Of a stretch of DNA of 64,000 nucleotides, positions 28,426 to 41,600 are shown piece after piece. Numbering within the stretch: the stretch's first letter is position 1; the number at the start of each line of letters is the position of its first letter. Origin of the DNA: Amoeboaphelidium protococcarum X5 (Eukaryota; Fungi; Aphelidiomycota). The notes beneath the pieces were generated by a model. It saw nothing but the letters and a program-made list of their open reading frames with translations, did not search any database and was not told where the DNA came from. The position numbers and the translations under genes were made by a program. The stretch covers positions 16,539 through 80,538 of the forward strand of contig JALDTO010000025.1 of the NCBI GenBank assembly GCA_023515725.1, read 5' to 3'.

Positions 28426-29047
28426 AGCGACAAAATAAAATAAATTTAAGTAAATCTTAAGCCTGGAGAAGTGTAAAGCGGGAAAGTGTAAACGATATCG
28501 GCAACGGTTAATGTTTAAGGGAACTGTAATCACCCGTTCTTCGGTCATGAGTGAATCAGATATCAACACCGACGTTTTTTTCCTGATGGGAATTGATCAG
28601 AGCCGAGCCCCGTTCGTGCCACATCATCGGTGAAACGAGTTGTGACTATTGACGTATTTCATAAAAGATGAGGCAATATTGTAGTCGAACATTTTGTGGG
28701 TAATATTGAATTGTATACAGTAGCTGAATGTAAAGCCAAAACATAGAAGCGATAAGTAATACTTTCCCTTATTTACTCGGAGTGACTCAATCATAGTTTG
28801 ATCTGAGATAGTAGTAGATCTTTTGGCAACTTGGTTGCAGTTTTCAGCTTGTCAACCATATAGTATATGTCTGCAAATGTATCATTGTTCAATACTTGAT
28901 GTTTTGTTGAAGCGCTCTCTTTTCATGTGTTACCGCGTTTGCTAGTCTTTTTCGTTTCCTTCTGCTCACCGTTCTGTCATGTGTTGCTCGCACATTCTGC
29001 GTTCATTCTTTCCTCGTTCATTCATCAGTATTATACTGGAGTACAAA

Positions 29048-29377
29048 ATGAGTTCAATTCTAGGTAGATTGACCAGACTCAGGGCTTAGTATTTTCCTAA
29101 GCTTCCAAAGCCTGATGTAAAAAATCCTGCTAGTAGATAGCATTAAGAATATCTGGCCTACTTTCCTAAACATGCCAAGGAGAACGGCTGGGCACCTACA
29201 GAGTCTAATCCGTATTATCCCTTTCATCTGCCTGCATCGTGGTAGGGGACTTATGCCACTGTTCTTGGTGGAGTATTTTGGTTCTGGATTATGTATCGCT
29301 GGAAGCAAGATTCTGCATTTGAAATATTTAACATTATCCCTTTTGAAGATGAGGAGAAGTCATCTGGTGAACATTGA
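29048..29377 (+). CDS. NDUFB2: Complex I accessory subunit B2 (AGGG)
   Basis: ATVLGGVFWFWIMYRWKQD...IIPFE motif; N-terminal presequence-like MSSILGRLTRLRA; 109 aa. Confidence 0.7.
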
Positions 29378-29743
29378 CAATATGCTAAAATATAATCCTG
29401 ATTATACCTGCACAATTAGAATACATATGCTTAGATTCGCGTTCTCTTTGCGAATCTACGTCAACCTGGATGTCTCGTGCATTCTATAGATTTTTCTGGC
29501 CTTTTGGACGTGTATGTGTAATATCGTTCCACGTAGGAGTAGTACACAAATTTCGCTCTCACTGTTTGATTCAATCATTCAACTACTGCAAAACTTGGTA
29601 AAGTTGCTAATAACGCCGATATTTCTCGTTTCACGACAACAAGTCTCATCTTCATCTTTCCTCAATCTATCGACGTCGTTTCAGTTGGACTGTTCTTCTT
29701 CTCTACATTAAGTACAACGTCATCCTAACTTGCACGATTTGAA

Positions 29744-31757
29744 ATGAAGTAATAAGTTGCTTGTGCACAGGTATGTTATTATTTCATCTTAACGTCTTGA
29801 CACCCATCAATTTGTAGTAATAACGCGTGAGAACAGAGTAACAACAAGTTACAAAGCAAGAGTCTCTTACTATTTGCAAAGATTTGATTCACGACACCTT
29901 CAGTTGTGTTTCGTATTTACGGTATGATTAAACATTAGAACCAGTCGTTATCATCACTATTGGTGTGTAGTGGCCTATTTCCTGAAGAAGCATTTGCACG
30001 GCATAGTATTCAAGATATTGATGCCAGAAGATTGCGTCGTGGAGTTTCTCAGGCAGGTAAGATTGATCAACTTGTTCATCGTTTGTCTTCAATCTGAAAC
30101 GGTTTTGTAGTCGACGCGTTGCTTGATTGGATTGAAATTGGGTGCTTTGACGCGCTTGAGAATGGCTATGTAAGTTCTATATTTCTCAATATCATTTTGA
30201 TTATTTGTTTATTACTCTTGTCTTATATTGTAGTTGAAGTCCATTGTACTTGGGATATATCTGGACTTGGATAAGCCTGAGGAATTGGTTGAGTGCTATA
30301 CTTTCGATGTTTCGTATAACCAAGATGGTAATGCAATGCTGAAACTCTCCACGGTAACTGGAGGTTAAGTGAATGCTGCTGACAGATCTCGTATCAATGA
30401 ATTTTCCAACGATCCTGGTAAAACTACGAAGAATGAAATTGCAAAGAACTTGAAGCAAACTATGCGCAGTATCCTGATGTTGACTTAGACATTGGACCCA
30501 TTGCCGGATGGTCGTTATCTGACTATGAAACTTCTTTACTGGGATGATATCACGCCCGTGGACTATCAGCCGCCATTCTTCAGAGAAGCCACTGGGCATG
30601 AATCGGTAGCCAAAGTTGCCGATTATGGTGGTGGAGTTTAAAAGTGGAGGCTGGGAGGAGTTGAGACTGCTCATCACAAGATCAACATCAAGATGACCAC
30701 AGCTATCACTGCAGCTGATGATCAAGAATCTGAATAGGCTCAAGAGGTTGAAAGTGGCAACTAAGAGACTGATATGGTCATCGATAATCCGTAAGATCAG
30801 TCAGAAGATGGCGTTGACTAAAGTGACAAGGCCGAAGTTGTCCATGAAGAGTCTGTAACCGTTCAAGATGCTCCTTCCATTTCAACATTGGACGAAGCTA
30901 AAGTGGTAAGATGTGGTTGCGGGGATGACACGGCTGAAGAAATCATGGTTAAATGCTTGCAATGTGGTAGCTATTAACATTATCTTTGTGCTGGATTCGC
31001 GTACGAAAGTGACGTTGCTGGCCTGAATGATTATCGTTGTCTCCAATGCATTTTAGAACAATATAACTCCCCCATTCCTGTTCAACCTTCTGATGCATAG
31101 TCAAATGAGTAGGAAGGATAAGTGGATTGGGCAATGGTAACTGATGTGTGCCGTTACCGTCGCATGTTGGGTGTCTTGTGGCGTGATGGTTATTCCACCT
31201 TAATTGCTTTGCAAGGTCAAATGAATCAAAATTACAATGTGGTCAAGCGTATTCGTAACATTCTGGTCAATGATGGATTCTTGAAGTTGGTGAGAGGTAA
31301 AGGCCGCGACCGTTACGAACTTATTAAGAATTCCAACACTATGGAGACTAAAGCCACAGTGTATAGCAATAGCGTTCTGATGGACAAGTTGGGAATATCT
31401 CTTGATGTCGAAGAAGCTTAACAGTCTGTAAATGATGTTGAAGTTAAGGCCCATAAGAATCGCGATTCTGGATTCGTCGATGTATTAGTTGAAGCATCTC
31501 CACCGCCTCCTATTGCACAGTCTGATTTAAAGTCCGAGACTATAGTGGTGCAAAATGATGATGCCGATGATAATCCTGATCTCCTTGGAAGCGCATATAA
31601 TGAAGACGAGTATGACTTTGGCTACGGCGATCAGGCGGTGGAACCAACTCAGCCTATCACCACTATTACGTCTACGAGTAAAAAATCCTCCTCCTCCTCA
31701 TCCAAAAAGAGACGTCCCAAAAGACCGTCCGTCTCAAAGTCCACTCTGGCTGTATGA
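29744..31757 (+). CDS. HOP1: Meiotic HORMA-domain protein Hop1 (HORMA + PHD + winged-helix-like; 599 aa)
   Basis: YLRGLFPEEAF, WIEIGCFDALENGYL, ECYTF, YQPPFF; PHD CGC...CLQC...H..C...CLQC; basic C-terminal closure-like motif. Introns 29771-29817, 29922-29970, 30057-30110, 30170-30233. Confidence 0.9.
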
Positions 31758-31854
31758 ATTGCATTTAATAATAAGCGTGAAAGTCCTTAATGAAAAAAGT
31801 GTGTGAAAAATATCGGTAAAATCATAATAATCAATCATTCATGCAATGAGATAT

Positions 31855-32904
31855 TCACTTTCTGAACATCCAAATGGGACGCTTCTCGAACGCTTTGCCT
31901 TGTGGATTAGCTGCTTTAATCACTGAGCCCTACTTAAAGCCAATCTCATTAATGAGTATATCCCAAAAAGTAGGCAACTACTATTCATCAGCATCCTCTT
32001 TCCATGGTCTCAAGTGCAAATCTTGTTCGGTATACCTCGAATGGCTAAAATACTTTTTATAGGAGGACCAACCTTGTGGCTCGATAATAAACACTCCACC
32101 AGGAGATATCATATAATAGATAGTCTTGAAAAATCGTCTTATATCCGCATCACCGCCATACAAATGTATCCATTTCGTGACAGACATGGCCAGTACCGTG
32201 TCATATGGTGCATGTGTAAATAATTGGCTATTCGACTTCTTTACCGCCGGAGCAAGTATATCCCAAGCTTCAAAGTAAATGTTATTTGGATATTGGGCAG
32301 GACTCTACTGCAGATCAGTATCCATTTATACCACTTGATCATCAGCGATTAAATGTACCTAATCTTACACGATCGGAATTGGTCCAAATAGAATGGGCAT
32401 AGACAAAGGGAAGTAATTTAAATGATCACCAGTCGCAGTCACTACTTCACCTTTCTCCATATCAGTATATTCGCGTAATACATCAACATAATCAAGGAGA
32501 TTGCTTTAATCAGAGGTGACTCTAATCCTGGAAGGCTTCATCTGACTAGACTTATTCAATAAATCCCACTAAGCGCGTTTAATCAAATCCGGATCTATAT
32601 CAATGCCCATTATACACGCTGGCGACATGGAACGCGCAATCACATGAGTAAGATAGCCAGTGTTACACCCAACATCTAGCACTTTCATATTCTCAATACA
32701 TTCTTTAGGCAGGTAGCGGAGTCGTTCATCACAAGAAGACGCCTCAGATACATCATTAGAATGTAGCTTGTGTTACTAATACGGTAGACGAAATCCATAA
32801 TACTGAGTATAATTTCCGCGTACATTGGGATTCAGCTCTTTCCTCTGCTTCTATGCCTTTGATTGCTGAGACGTAGATTATTAATTGACATTGCCAGAGC
32901 TCAT
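31855..32904 (-). CDS. BIN3: Bin3/MePCE RNA methylphosphate capping methyltransferase
   Basis: GNYTQYYGFR, VLDVGCNTG, LAMSVTKWIHLYGGD, FIIEPQGWSSY, FEKRPIWMF. Confidence 0.9.
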
Positions 32905-33149
32905 AGCTGAGGCGTCTAGACTAATTTTTTATTTCGGTTTGTACGACATTTATACTCAATGTACTGTGTATTGACTACTTTACGTGAAAAGTTGCCACAC
33001 AGCCGGGCAGAAGAAAGTAAAAACACGACACCAATGATTATTGCTACGTGCAAGAAGCTTCCAAGTATATTATTAAAATGTTCAAGGCGTAATAAGAAGA
33101 ACCTTAAATAAATTTGTTTTCTCAATATTATTCACCCTGCTTCATTCAT

Positions 33150-33833
33150 TCAAAACTCGTAATCGGAGTAACTGGGAGCAACAACCGTCGCAGCTGTGTT
33201 ACCAGTACTATTCTCAACTTCTGCAAACTCGGCAGCGCCCAACGTCTTCATTTTCCTAATGTACACCGGCTGTAAGTAAACGCCAGCACTATCCTCCATT
33301 TAGTATGCGCGCATCTTCACACGAACCTGCACCACATCTCCAGGTGAGATGGCACCAGACTCCACTTCCTTGCCATCCACGCCCAGAGTGTTGAAACAAG
33401 GCTACAGTTTGTAGCCGCGAGGAACCACCACATCCTCAAGTTTTTACACCTTGGCAGCACGAGACTTCCTGACCACCTTGCTACGGACACGCAATGTCCC
33501 CTGTTCAGTGGTCAGGGGACGCAAAGTATCCTCCAGATTCAACAAGCTACCCAGAGACCGCTCAGCAGAGCGAATCACCCTGTTAAGAGATTCCAGCTCA
33601 TGCACCGCCACAGTAACTGAATGGTACGCGTTCGTCACCTTCGACACGTACTCATCCTTCTTATAATTACCAAGAGGGCCCAGGGACGCCTCAGTAATTA
33701 CACCACAAAAAAACATTTCGCCAGGCATGAAATGCGCATCCTTGTAGCCAGTCGAACCAGTCGACTCAAGGCTTTCGATATTGCGGACGTAGCAAGCGTC
33801 GGTGTCCCAATCAGGATGGGTCCTTGTAGGCAT
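33150..33833 (-). CDS. Putative phage-type (T7 gp2.5-like) single-stranded DNA-binding OB-fold protein (227 aa)
   Basis: C-terminal half VDGKEVESGAISPGDVVQVRVKMRAYQMEDSAGVYLQPVYIRKM and an acidic tail ending DYEF. GC 53-55% in two sampled lines; 3 TAR=Gln codons. The ORF is solid, the family call is pattern-based. Confidence 0.45.
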
Positions 33834-34652
33834 TCTAGAGTCCAAATCCGTGGCACCAGTTTGAACAGTATCATCAGTAGCTGTATTCGATCTTACATAT
33901 CATATTTCCCATACAAATGAACCACCGTTTAAACTCTGTAAGTAAAGAGTATGAAAGACTAATTACGAGTATCAGAGAAGAAGTCATAAATTCAATGCCA
34001 AGAGCTTTTATGGAGCTCTTTGGCTTTAATTGCCGATATTACTTAAATGATGCTTAAGTAATATCAGTAATCATGAGCCAATCAGGTCCCTGTTCTTACA
34101 CATTCGCACATTGTGGGGGTTTCCCGACGAAACTATCTGGTTAGATTATTCGCTCGCCATTTGTTTAAAGAGAAAACAAAAACGACTGAACCGTAAACAT
34201 TGCCGCTTCTTGAGCATGCGCTGCTTGACAACCAAAGCGAATCTATGGTAATCTGGTTTGTGTGGGCCACTAATTAATATGAAAGGAAAGTTTTGAACAA
34301 TATATAACATATTATGTTTTTGAACTCAGCGTCATCTAAAGAATAACAATCTTATTTCAGAAAATTAAAATAACAAAAACGAATACAAATGATGGGAATC
34401 TAAACGGTAATGCCCCTGTGACTATATGAGGTAACTATCCAGTGCGAGGGGCTTAAGGATTTTCCGAATACGCGCGTGACACGAATCAGAAAATCAAAGT
34501 TTCTCGATGAAGCAACGCGTGGGGCTTCTTCTTTTACTAGGTACTGTTTAATCATTTTTTAATCCTGTTTCGCAGTGATAACGTGATTAAGTAATTGTCT
34601 ATTAAGTAGCTCACGTAATAAAATAATATACTATTAATTTTAAAAATATTGG

Positions 34653-36629
34653 ATGATTGATTTTACTCTTATTGGACTTATAGCTGGGTTGATCGTTGGT
34701 AATTCATTCTCTCTGGTGATTCCCAGATTGCCGTTCATAACTGGATAGATTAATACTTTTACTAGTGCTTTGTCTGCATTGTTTCTTATCGGGCTGTGCA
34801 GCCTTCATGGAATATTTATCTTGGATTTATAGTAAGATGATTCTGGCTCTCAGTGGTTTATTATCAATGTGCCTGATTTCATCTCTCTCGATGCATCACT
34901 AATATCTGCATCTTCTCTCTTCCTATACATCTCTATGGTACAATTGTCTCTGTAGAGGCTGAGTTATAGCATTGTACATCCCCTTTGCTTGACCATAGCT
35001 TTAACATCTGCGCCGTGGATTTACATTCTCCTCAGGTATATTTTGAATGATTAGAATGTGGGTGACACTGGTTATTCCATGGATGGAAATTTCACTGATC
35101 AAGTCCATCTTCCCACTCTAATATCGTCAGCTATTGCAATTATCAGCTGTATAATCGGTGCTTTGGTATCTTAAATACTTCCGGATCTGGTTTATTATCC
35201 TTATACTGTACTATCTTACGCGTCTGCTAGCTCTTCCCTCGAGGCTAGTAATTAGACTGCGGCGGCGAATGACGCGTCATCTCTGCATGGTGATGATGAG
35301 CAGATGCCTCTGCTGGACAATAGACGTCGATCTGGTAGTACGGGCTCTTCTACTGCATCATTCATAACTGCCACATCTACTTAATCATTGATAATTGATC
35401 ATAATGATTTGAAAGATCAGACAATGGACTCATAAGTGTTGATCTTCAAAGAGACGTTGCCTGAGAGTAAGTATGGCACTATGCTTCCCAGCTAATACAG
35501 AATTCCATCACTTTACTCAAATATTAACGATGAATCCATTAATGGTCATAATCAAAGTGTCGAGATTGCCTCGGCATCTAATCTCGATTTTGGCAATAAC
35601 TAAGTTGTATCACATCATGATATACCACAGCTCTCATTTGCTAATAGTAATAATAATAACAACACCGGCGATACTGGATATACTATCAATCCTGCTCTAA
35701 CTTAAAGCTTGGAATTTGAGGATGATCGTGGCGGTGTTTAGATAAGACGCGTCATCTGTAATCTTTTACTTGGATCTCTTCTGACGGTGTTAGCAGGCCT
35801 CTCCCTCGCTGTGCTGTCAAGTCATGCACTTTATTACAATGATTAGATTGTAGATAAGTTGGTGATATTTCCCGGGTAGTAAGACTCACAATTGTCCATT
35901 GCACAAGCTGTGACCCAATTGTCGAAATATTTTATGAACTTGAGTTTTGGATCCTTCTCATTGGTAGTGGCTTTGCTTTTGATTAAATATATCTCTCTAA
36001 TGGCTATAGAAGTCAAAAAAATCATACTATCATAACGTGATAACTCTGATTATTAGCAAGTACCTAGTGGAAATGTCTTTTCTGCCTCATCAACGTCTTA
36101 TTCAACTGAAGTCGACAGTAGCTCTAATAATAATTTGAATATTAAAAGTATAGCGTGTGGAGCGGTATTTGGCCTGATCACGTTTGGATGGTTATTTGCT
36201 CTATCTATAGTGCAGTGCGTATATGGATTCAAGTATTCAATATCTTCTCTAATCGTCTCCATACCGAGCGGCATTATACTGTGGTCAATGTTCTACCTGC
36301 GTGACGTCAATTCCATGTCCTCTCCTCTCGAGATTGCTCACACTACCGCAACTGCAGTTAATACTCACCATAATGCTGCCTAATAAAGATAGCCGCTCAC
36401 TGCTGATGATCAGTAGACACTCTGCAATCAGTCTGGTACTCCATCATAAAGCTAATAATAACGTGTATTGGGATCAAGTGGTGGTATGAGATAATCTCCT
36501 CCTCGCCGTACAAGACTAAATGCTAGATTGAAGCTGGGGAGATCCTTCTGTGATATGCGTCTTCTCCACTTGTTCTTCATATGCTCCCTCTCTTGCTCTC
36601 TCCTCTCTTACTATTACTCGATTGTCTGA
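34653..36629 (+). CDS. Multi-pass membrane protein, TMEM144/DMT-like (658 aa)
   Basis: Open frame with about 10 hydrophobic segments split by a long polar loop that contains a dileucine-like DEQMPLL; GLIVGNSF at the N-terminus; IPSGIILWSMFYLRDV. Confidence 0.5.
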
Positions 36630-36751
36630 TATATACAATATAATTATTTTCTACTTTCATTGACTTTAACTTTGTATACTAGTAAAATTCATATTTAGAA
36701 AAACTAAACAAACCGTTAAGTAATTGTAATTTATATTATTCTTAATGATGA

Positions 36752-37780
36752 TCAAGTGAAGCGATTGTGATTAGATCTATTTCTAATGACTGAACTTGAT
36801 GTCGGTTTATACTCGGCAAATGGGTCTGAATGTTTAAACGTCTACATGGATAGAACGTGCGGTGCCACAAAATCGCCATGGTTTTATGAAGCATCTGCTC
36901 GCTATTATTGCTTCTATCCCTACACCTACTACTCCTTTTGGTGATGTGATACGATTGATGATGATTACATGTGACTTTTAATATTGATAGGCATGGACTA
37001 ACTTAGGATTGAGGTATTCACCATGACTTGATCAGCGCCTGAATGTTGTTCGTTCTACAACAAATCTTCATACTGCTCATCAATGCTATTATCCTCCTCT
37101 CTATAAGTCTAAGCAGCCATAAGACTACCTCGACTAACGCCTTATTATAATTATTATTAACGCCCTTCCATATCCAGTTCAAACACGCCATCATTATCAT
37201 CATCATTATCGATTGTCGTTTATTCTAATGGCTTTCTTTGTATTTAACTTTGAGCAAAATCTTATGGAATCTAAGATTAATTGAAACTCGGTGTCATACT
37301 GTTAGTCTTCCCAGGATCGGTCTACTTTGGTAGAACTGATTATAAATCTGCTTTTATTCGGGTAAACACCTACTAAGCAGCCAGTAATCGAGACTCATAC
37401 TTGTCATTAATTTATCGCATTTATTCATCGCGTTCCAGCTTTAATCGAGTATAATAATCTTTCATAGCCATCTATACAACTCGCTATAAATGTACAGGAT
37501 ATTAATCGACAGAGACAGAATCTAAAGATGCCTCCACTTGCTACATACTATTCAAGATTGACGCCCACTGATCCAAGTCTTTATTAGGCTATTGCAGAGG
37601 AGATGTGTCTTGTGCAACAATATTAACTTATAGTCCATCTAATAATCGAATGAACCGAGACTTTAAAGTATAATCCAGCGCTTGTGAAAATAGAATCACA
37701 CCACCCACAGCCTAATCAGTAGTGGTCCCGGTGACTTATATTACACAAATATCACATTGACATATGAGGCAATGGCTTTT

Positions 37781-37831
<51 letters not shown>

Positions 37832-37993
37832 GATTAAATTAGACTATTACGAATCTTTATCCTAAACTGAACGCATCAAGTACATCCCACTGACTGAGAC
37901 GAGAACATCTTGAACCGTGTCTTGTCCCTCAGAACACTCGACCTACATGCTCACATTATTACAGTGACACTGAATCCTTCTAGTATTATTCAT
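36752..37993 (-). CDS. PRAS40/AKT1S1-like protein (413 aa)
   Basis: N-terminal CHCNNV and CLIC, Q16, coiled coil, acidic TOS-like DDDNDGVFELDM, SQSMPINI, FVAPHVLS. Confidence 0.45.
37783..37831 (-). repeat. (TAA)16 microsatellite, in frame = polyGln
   Basis: (TTA)16 on the + strand, in the reading frame of the 36752-37993 gene. Confidence 0.95.
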
Positions 37994-38030
37994 GATCTTT
38001 TGATTAGGCAGATTATAAACGCTACAAAGG

Positions 38031-38031
<1 letters not shown>

Positions 38032-38073
<42 letters not shown>
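38032..38073 (+). repeat. (TAA)14 microsatellite, upstream of the 37993 ATG
   Basis: Perfect trinucleotide repeat, reverse complement of the repeat at 37783-37831. Confidence 0.95.
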
Positions 38074-38685
38074 GGAGACAGAAATATAACAAAATGATGA
38101 ACAAATTCTCTTGTATAAAAGAAGAAGAAAGCGTCAAAAGGCAATAAAAGAGTATCTCCAATCAGACAGAGTGAGGAAAAGACGCGTAAATTGTTTGAGC
38201 AATTTAACGGTAGAAATCGACATTTTCCATCGATACAGCAAGTCTCTATCATTTTAACACCAAAACGAACACGAGGCATAAAGAGAGGGAGAATGAGAGA
38301 GAGAGAGTAAGATGTGAAAAGCAATTTCAGAGTGAAACAAATGAACACTGAAGTGACGCGAGACGGGGATCGACAGAGAAGCGAGAAAATGTAACTAATA
38401 TTATGAACATCAACGTAAGCATTCATTCAATTCCGTAATTCAGTAGAGTAAAAATTAATCTATATTTCAGTAATGAGAATGAGATTCGCGCATATAGTTG
38501 TTTGCTTTTTACAGAATTTTTTGGCTCTTCTCTATGCTTTGTCTCACTTTTATTCTTCTCTCTCTTTCTTCTGTTCGTTCACTCATCGGTCGGGACTGAA
38601 TTTGAATTTGTTCACACTTTTTTTCAGTTTTAGTTGATAGATTCGATCTTGATATACATTATATTCATTCACACGGAAGATCTGA

Positions 38686-41600
38686 ATGACATTAGACACA
38701 GAGTCTGTGAGATCTGTATCTAGAGCCTCATCTATACGTAGCTGGAGAGATTTTTACGATGATGAGGATCCGTACGATTTTGGTATTGCATACGATGGCG
38801 ATAGCGATGGCGATGATCATGAGTACTATGGTGGTGCTGAGTCGTCTGATGGAGATGAGCAGCATCATTTGGATGAAGATGGACATAGTCGGAGTAGTCC
38901 TCGCCATAATCATCATCAGTAATAATAGCGGAGGAGAAGAGTCAGACGGCGGTCTTCTGTTATGCGGACACCTAAAGCTCACATGTCCCAGCCGTTCGTT
39001 ATCGAGAGTAATGGAAGTAGTCCGATGATGGAGGAGCGATTGACAGAGATGATGCAGCAGTATGATAGTGAGCCTTTGAATGGAGATTTGGCTGGTAGAA
39101 ATGGTGATTCTAGATCTATGAGAATGTAATCATCCACACATTAAACTATCGCTTTGGAAGAAGATTTACAATGTGATATTTATGGATACTCTATTCACCC
39201 ATTCAAGTATGCATGTTATTTATTCGGATGTGTGTTGAGTGTGGGGGTTCTGTTCTTACTATGTCGATGGTTTCCGCGTCTGTATATATCATGCACTTGT
39301 AGACGCACACCTTTTCATAAATGCCAGATGTTGTTTATAAAGTCCACTTGGAAGCATGTTGATATAGTGCCCATACAAGTGAACATTTACGAGGATGCCG
39401 CCAAGTTGCATCAGATTCTATCTATGAACGCGACTTCTCTGTCCAGGTCTCCGTCTGATTATGATGCTCACACCTTGAAGTCTTTTGATTATCATTGCAT
39501 GAAGTTCATCTATAATCCTATAACTTCGCTCTTTATTGAGAACACTGCCTGGAGAGATAGTAGAGAGAAGTCTGTGCCTAGTCTTAGTCGCGGTTTAAGT
39601 ACTCGACAGGAAGTGCGGGAGCGTCAGTTATTGTTTGGAAAGAATTCTATTGATATTCCCATTAAATCGGATTGGAAATTGTTGGTGGATGAGATTTTGC
39701 ATCCGTTCTATGTCTTTTAATTGTTCAGTATCATGCTGTGGATCGCTGAGAATTATTATTACTATGCCGCGTGTATATTTCTCATCTCAACCGGGTCTTC
39801 AGTATCTGCACTGCTGGAGACTAAGCGGAATTTGCAGCGGTTGAGGGACATGACGCATCATTAGTGCAGCGTCAACGTTTTACGGTCAGGTGTGTGGATT
39901 CGTATATCATCTTAGGATCTGGTGCCTGGTGATGTTTATGATCTCTCATCTATCGAGGAATATCGCGGTGAAGTTGAGTAATAGTCAGATGATCAAGTGG
40001 ATATTGACGATGATGATGAGGATAAAGGTAGAGACTTTGGCGTAAATGATATGGTCATCCCGTGTGACTCCATAATGATCAATGGCGATTGTATTGTGAA
40101 TGAAAGTATGCTGACTGGTGAGAGTGTCCCCGTACCAAAGATTCCATTGAGTAATCATATGGTGCATTAACTTGATGATTTGAACAATATTGATTCAAAG
40201 CATTATCTGTACAATGGAACAAAGATTGTACGCGTCAGAACTGTTGGTAAATAGACTCCTTCTACCGATTAATCTACCAATACCGTCGTACCATCTCATA
40301 CTGATGGAATAGCGTGTGCAATGGCCGTCAGAACTGGATTTAACACTACTAAAGGCAGTTTAATTCGGGCTATTCTGTATCCAAAGCCCACCAGCTTCAA
40401 ATTCTATGAAGATTCATTCAAGTTTATTGGCATTCTGGCGTGTATTGCTCTAGTTGGATTTATCTATTCTATTTATCAGTATGTTAAGGGAGGAGCTGTT
40501 TGGTGGCTGGTTGTGATAAGAGCTTTCGATTTGTTCACCATCGTTGTGCCTCCAGCCCTGCCAGCTGCAATGTCTGTTGGTATTGCCTTTGCCATTGCCA
40601 GATTGAAGCATCGCGACATTTATTGCATCAGTCCACCACGTATTAATGTGTGCGGTAAGTTGGATCTTTTTGTATTTGACAAGACTGGTACTTTGACTGA
40701 AGAAGGTTTAGATGTTCTTGGTGTCATTGAATCATCTGGTGATGGTATGAGTGACTTGATCACTTCTGCGGATGATTTACAGTCTGGCAATTAGAACAAT
40801 TTTTAGCAGATATCAAATGGTGGTGAATAATAGCGGTAATAGTAATCTGCTTTAGATATCAAGTTTGTAGAAGCTTTAGCTTCTTGTCATTCGATTAAAG
40901 TTGCTCATGGTGTAGAAGTTGGCGATCCGCTGGATTTGAAGATGATGGCCTTCACCAATTGGATCATTGATGAGCCGGAGAATCACGCCATGGTTTATGT
41001 GAGGCCGAAGCATTGTGAGGCTATCGAGAATTACGATCTATTTACCATGGATTATACCTCACCTACTCGTTCAGCATCCGATATGGATTCTGTGGAGATG
41101 GCCATTATAAAGGAGTTTGAATTTGTCTCCTCCCTGCGAAGAATGTCTGTTATCGTGAAAAAGCTACATGACAAGTCCGTTAAGGTGTACTGTAAAGGTG
41201 CTCCTGAGGTTCTGATTTCACTGTGCACGCCCGAATCAGTTCCATCAGATTTTATGGAAGTTGTTGATTATCACGCACAGAATGGTCATCGTATAATTGC
41301 ATTCGCTGGCAAGCAGATGGTGGGTGTTAATTGGCGAAAATCATAGTCACTGGATAGGGGCGATGTTGAGAGTGATTTGCACCTTCTGGGTATTATGGTA
41401 TTTGAGAATAAGTTGAAGGAGGAATCGGATCCCACCATTCGTGCTCTCACCGCCTCCCAGATGAAGTCTGTCATGTGTACGGGAGATAATCTGTTAACAG
41501 CTGTAAATGTTGGAAAAGATTGCTCTATCATCAACCATGATGCTGCTGTTTATGTCCCTAGATTTGAAGTTGATTTTACCGGACGAGACATTGTGTAGTG

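Noticed and set aside
33850-34650. Mobile-element ends flanking the SSB-like gene
   Set aside because: No terminal inverted repeats, LTRs or target-site duplication were seen by eye.
37943-38426. Poly-Ile/poly-Tyr ORFs in the track
   Set aside because: Translations of the upstream (TAA)14 microsatellite and promoter sequence; only the part from ATG 37993 is modelled as coding.
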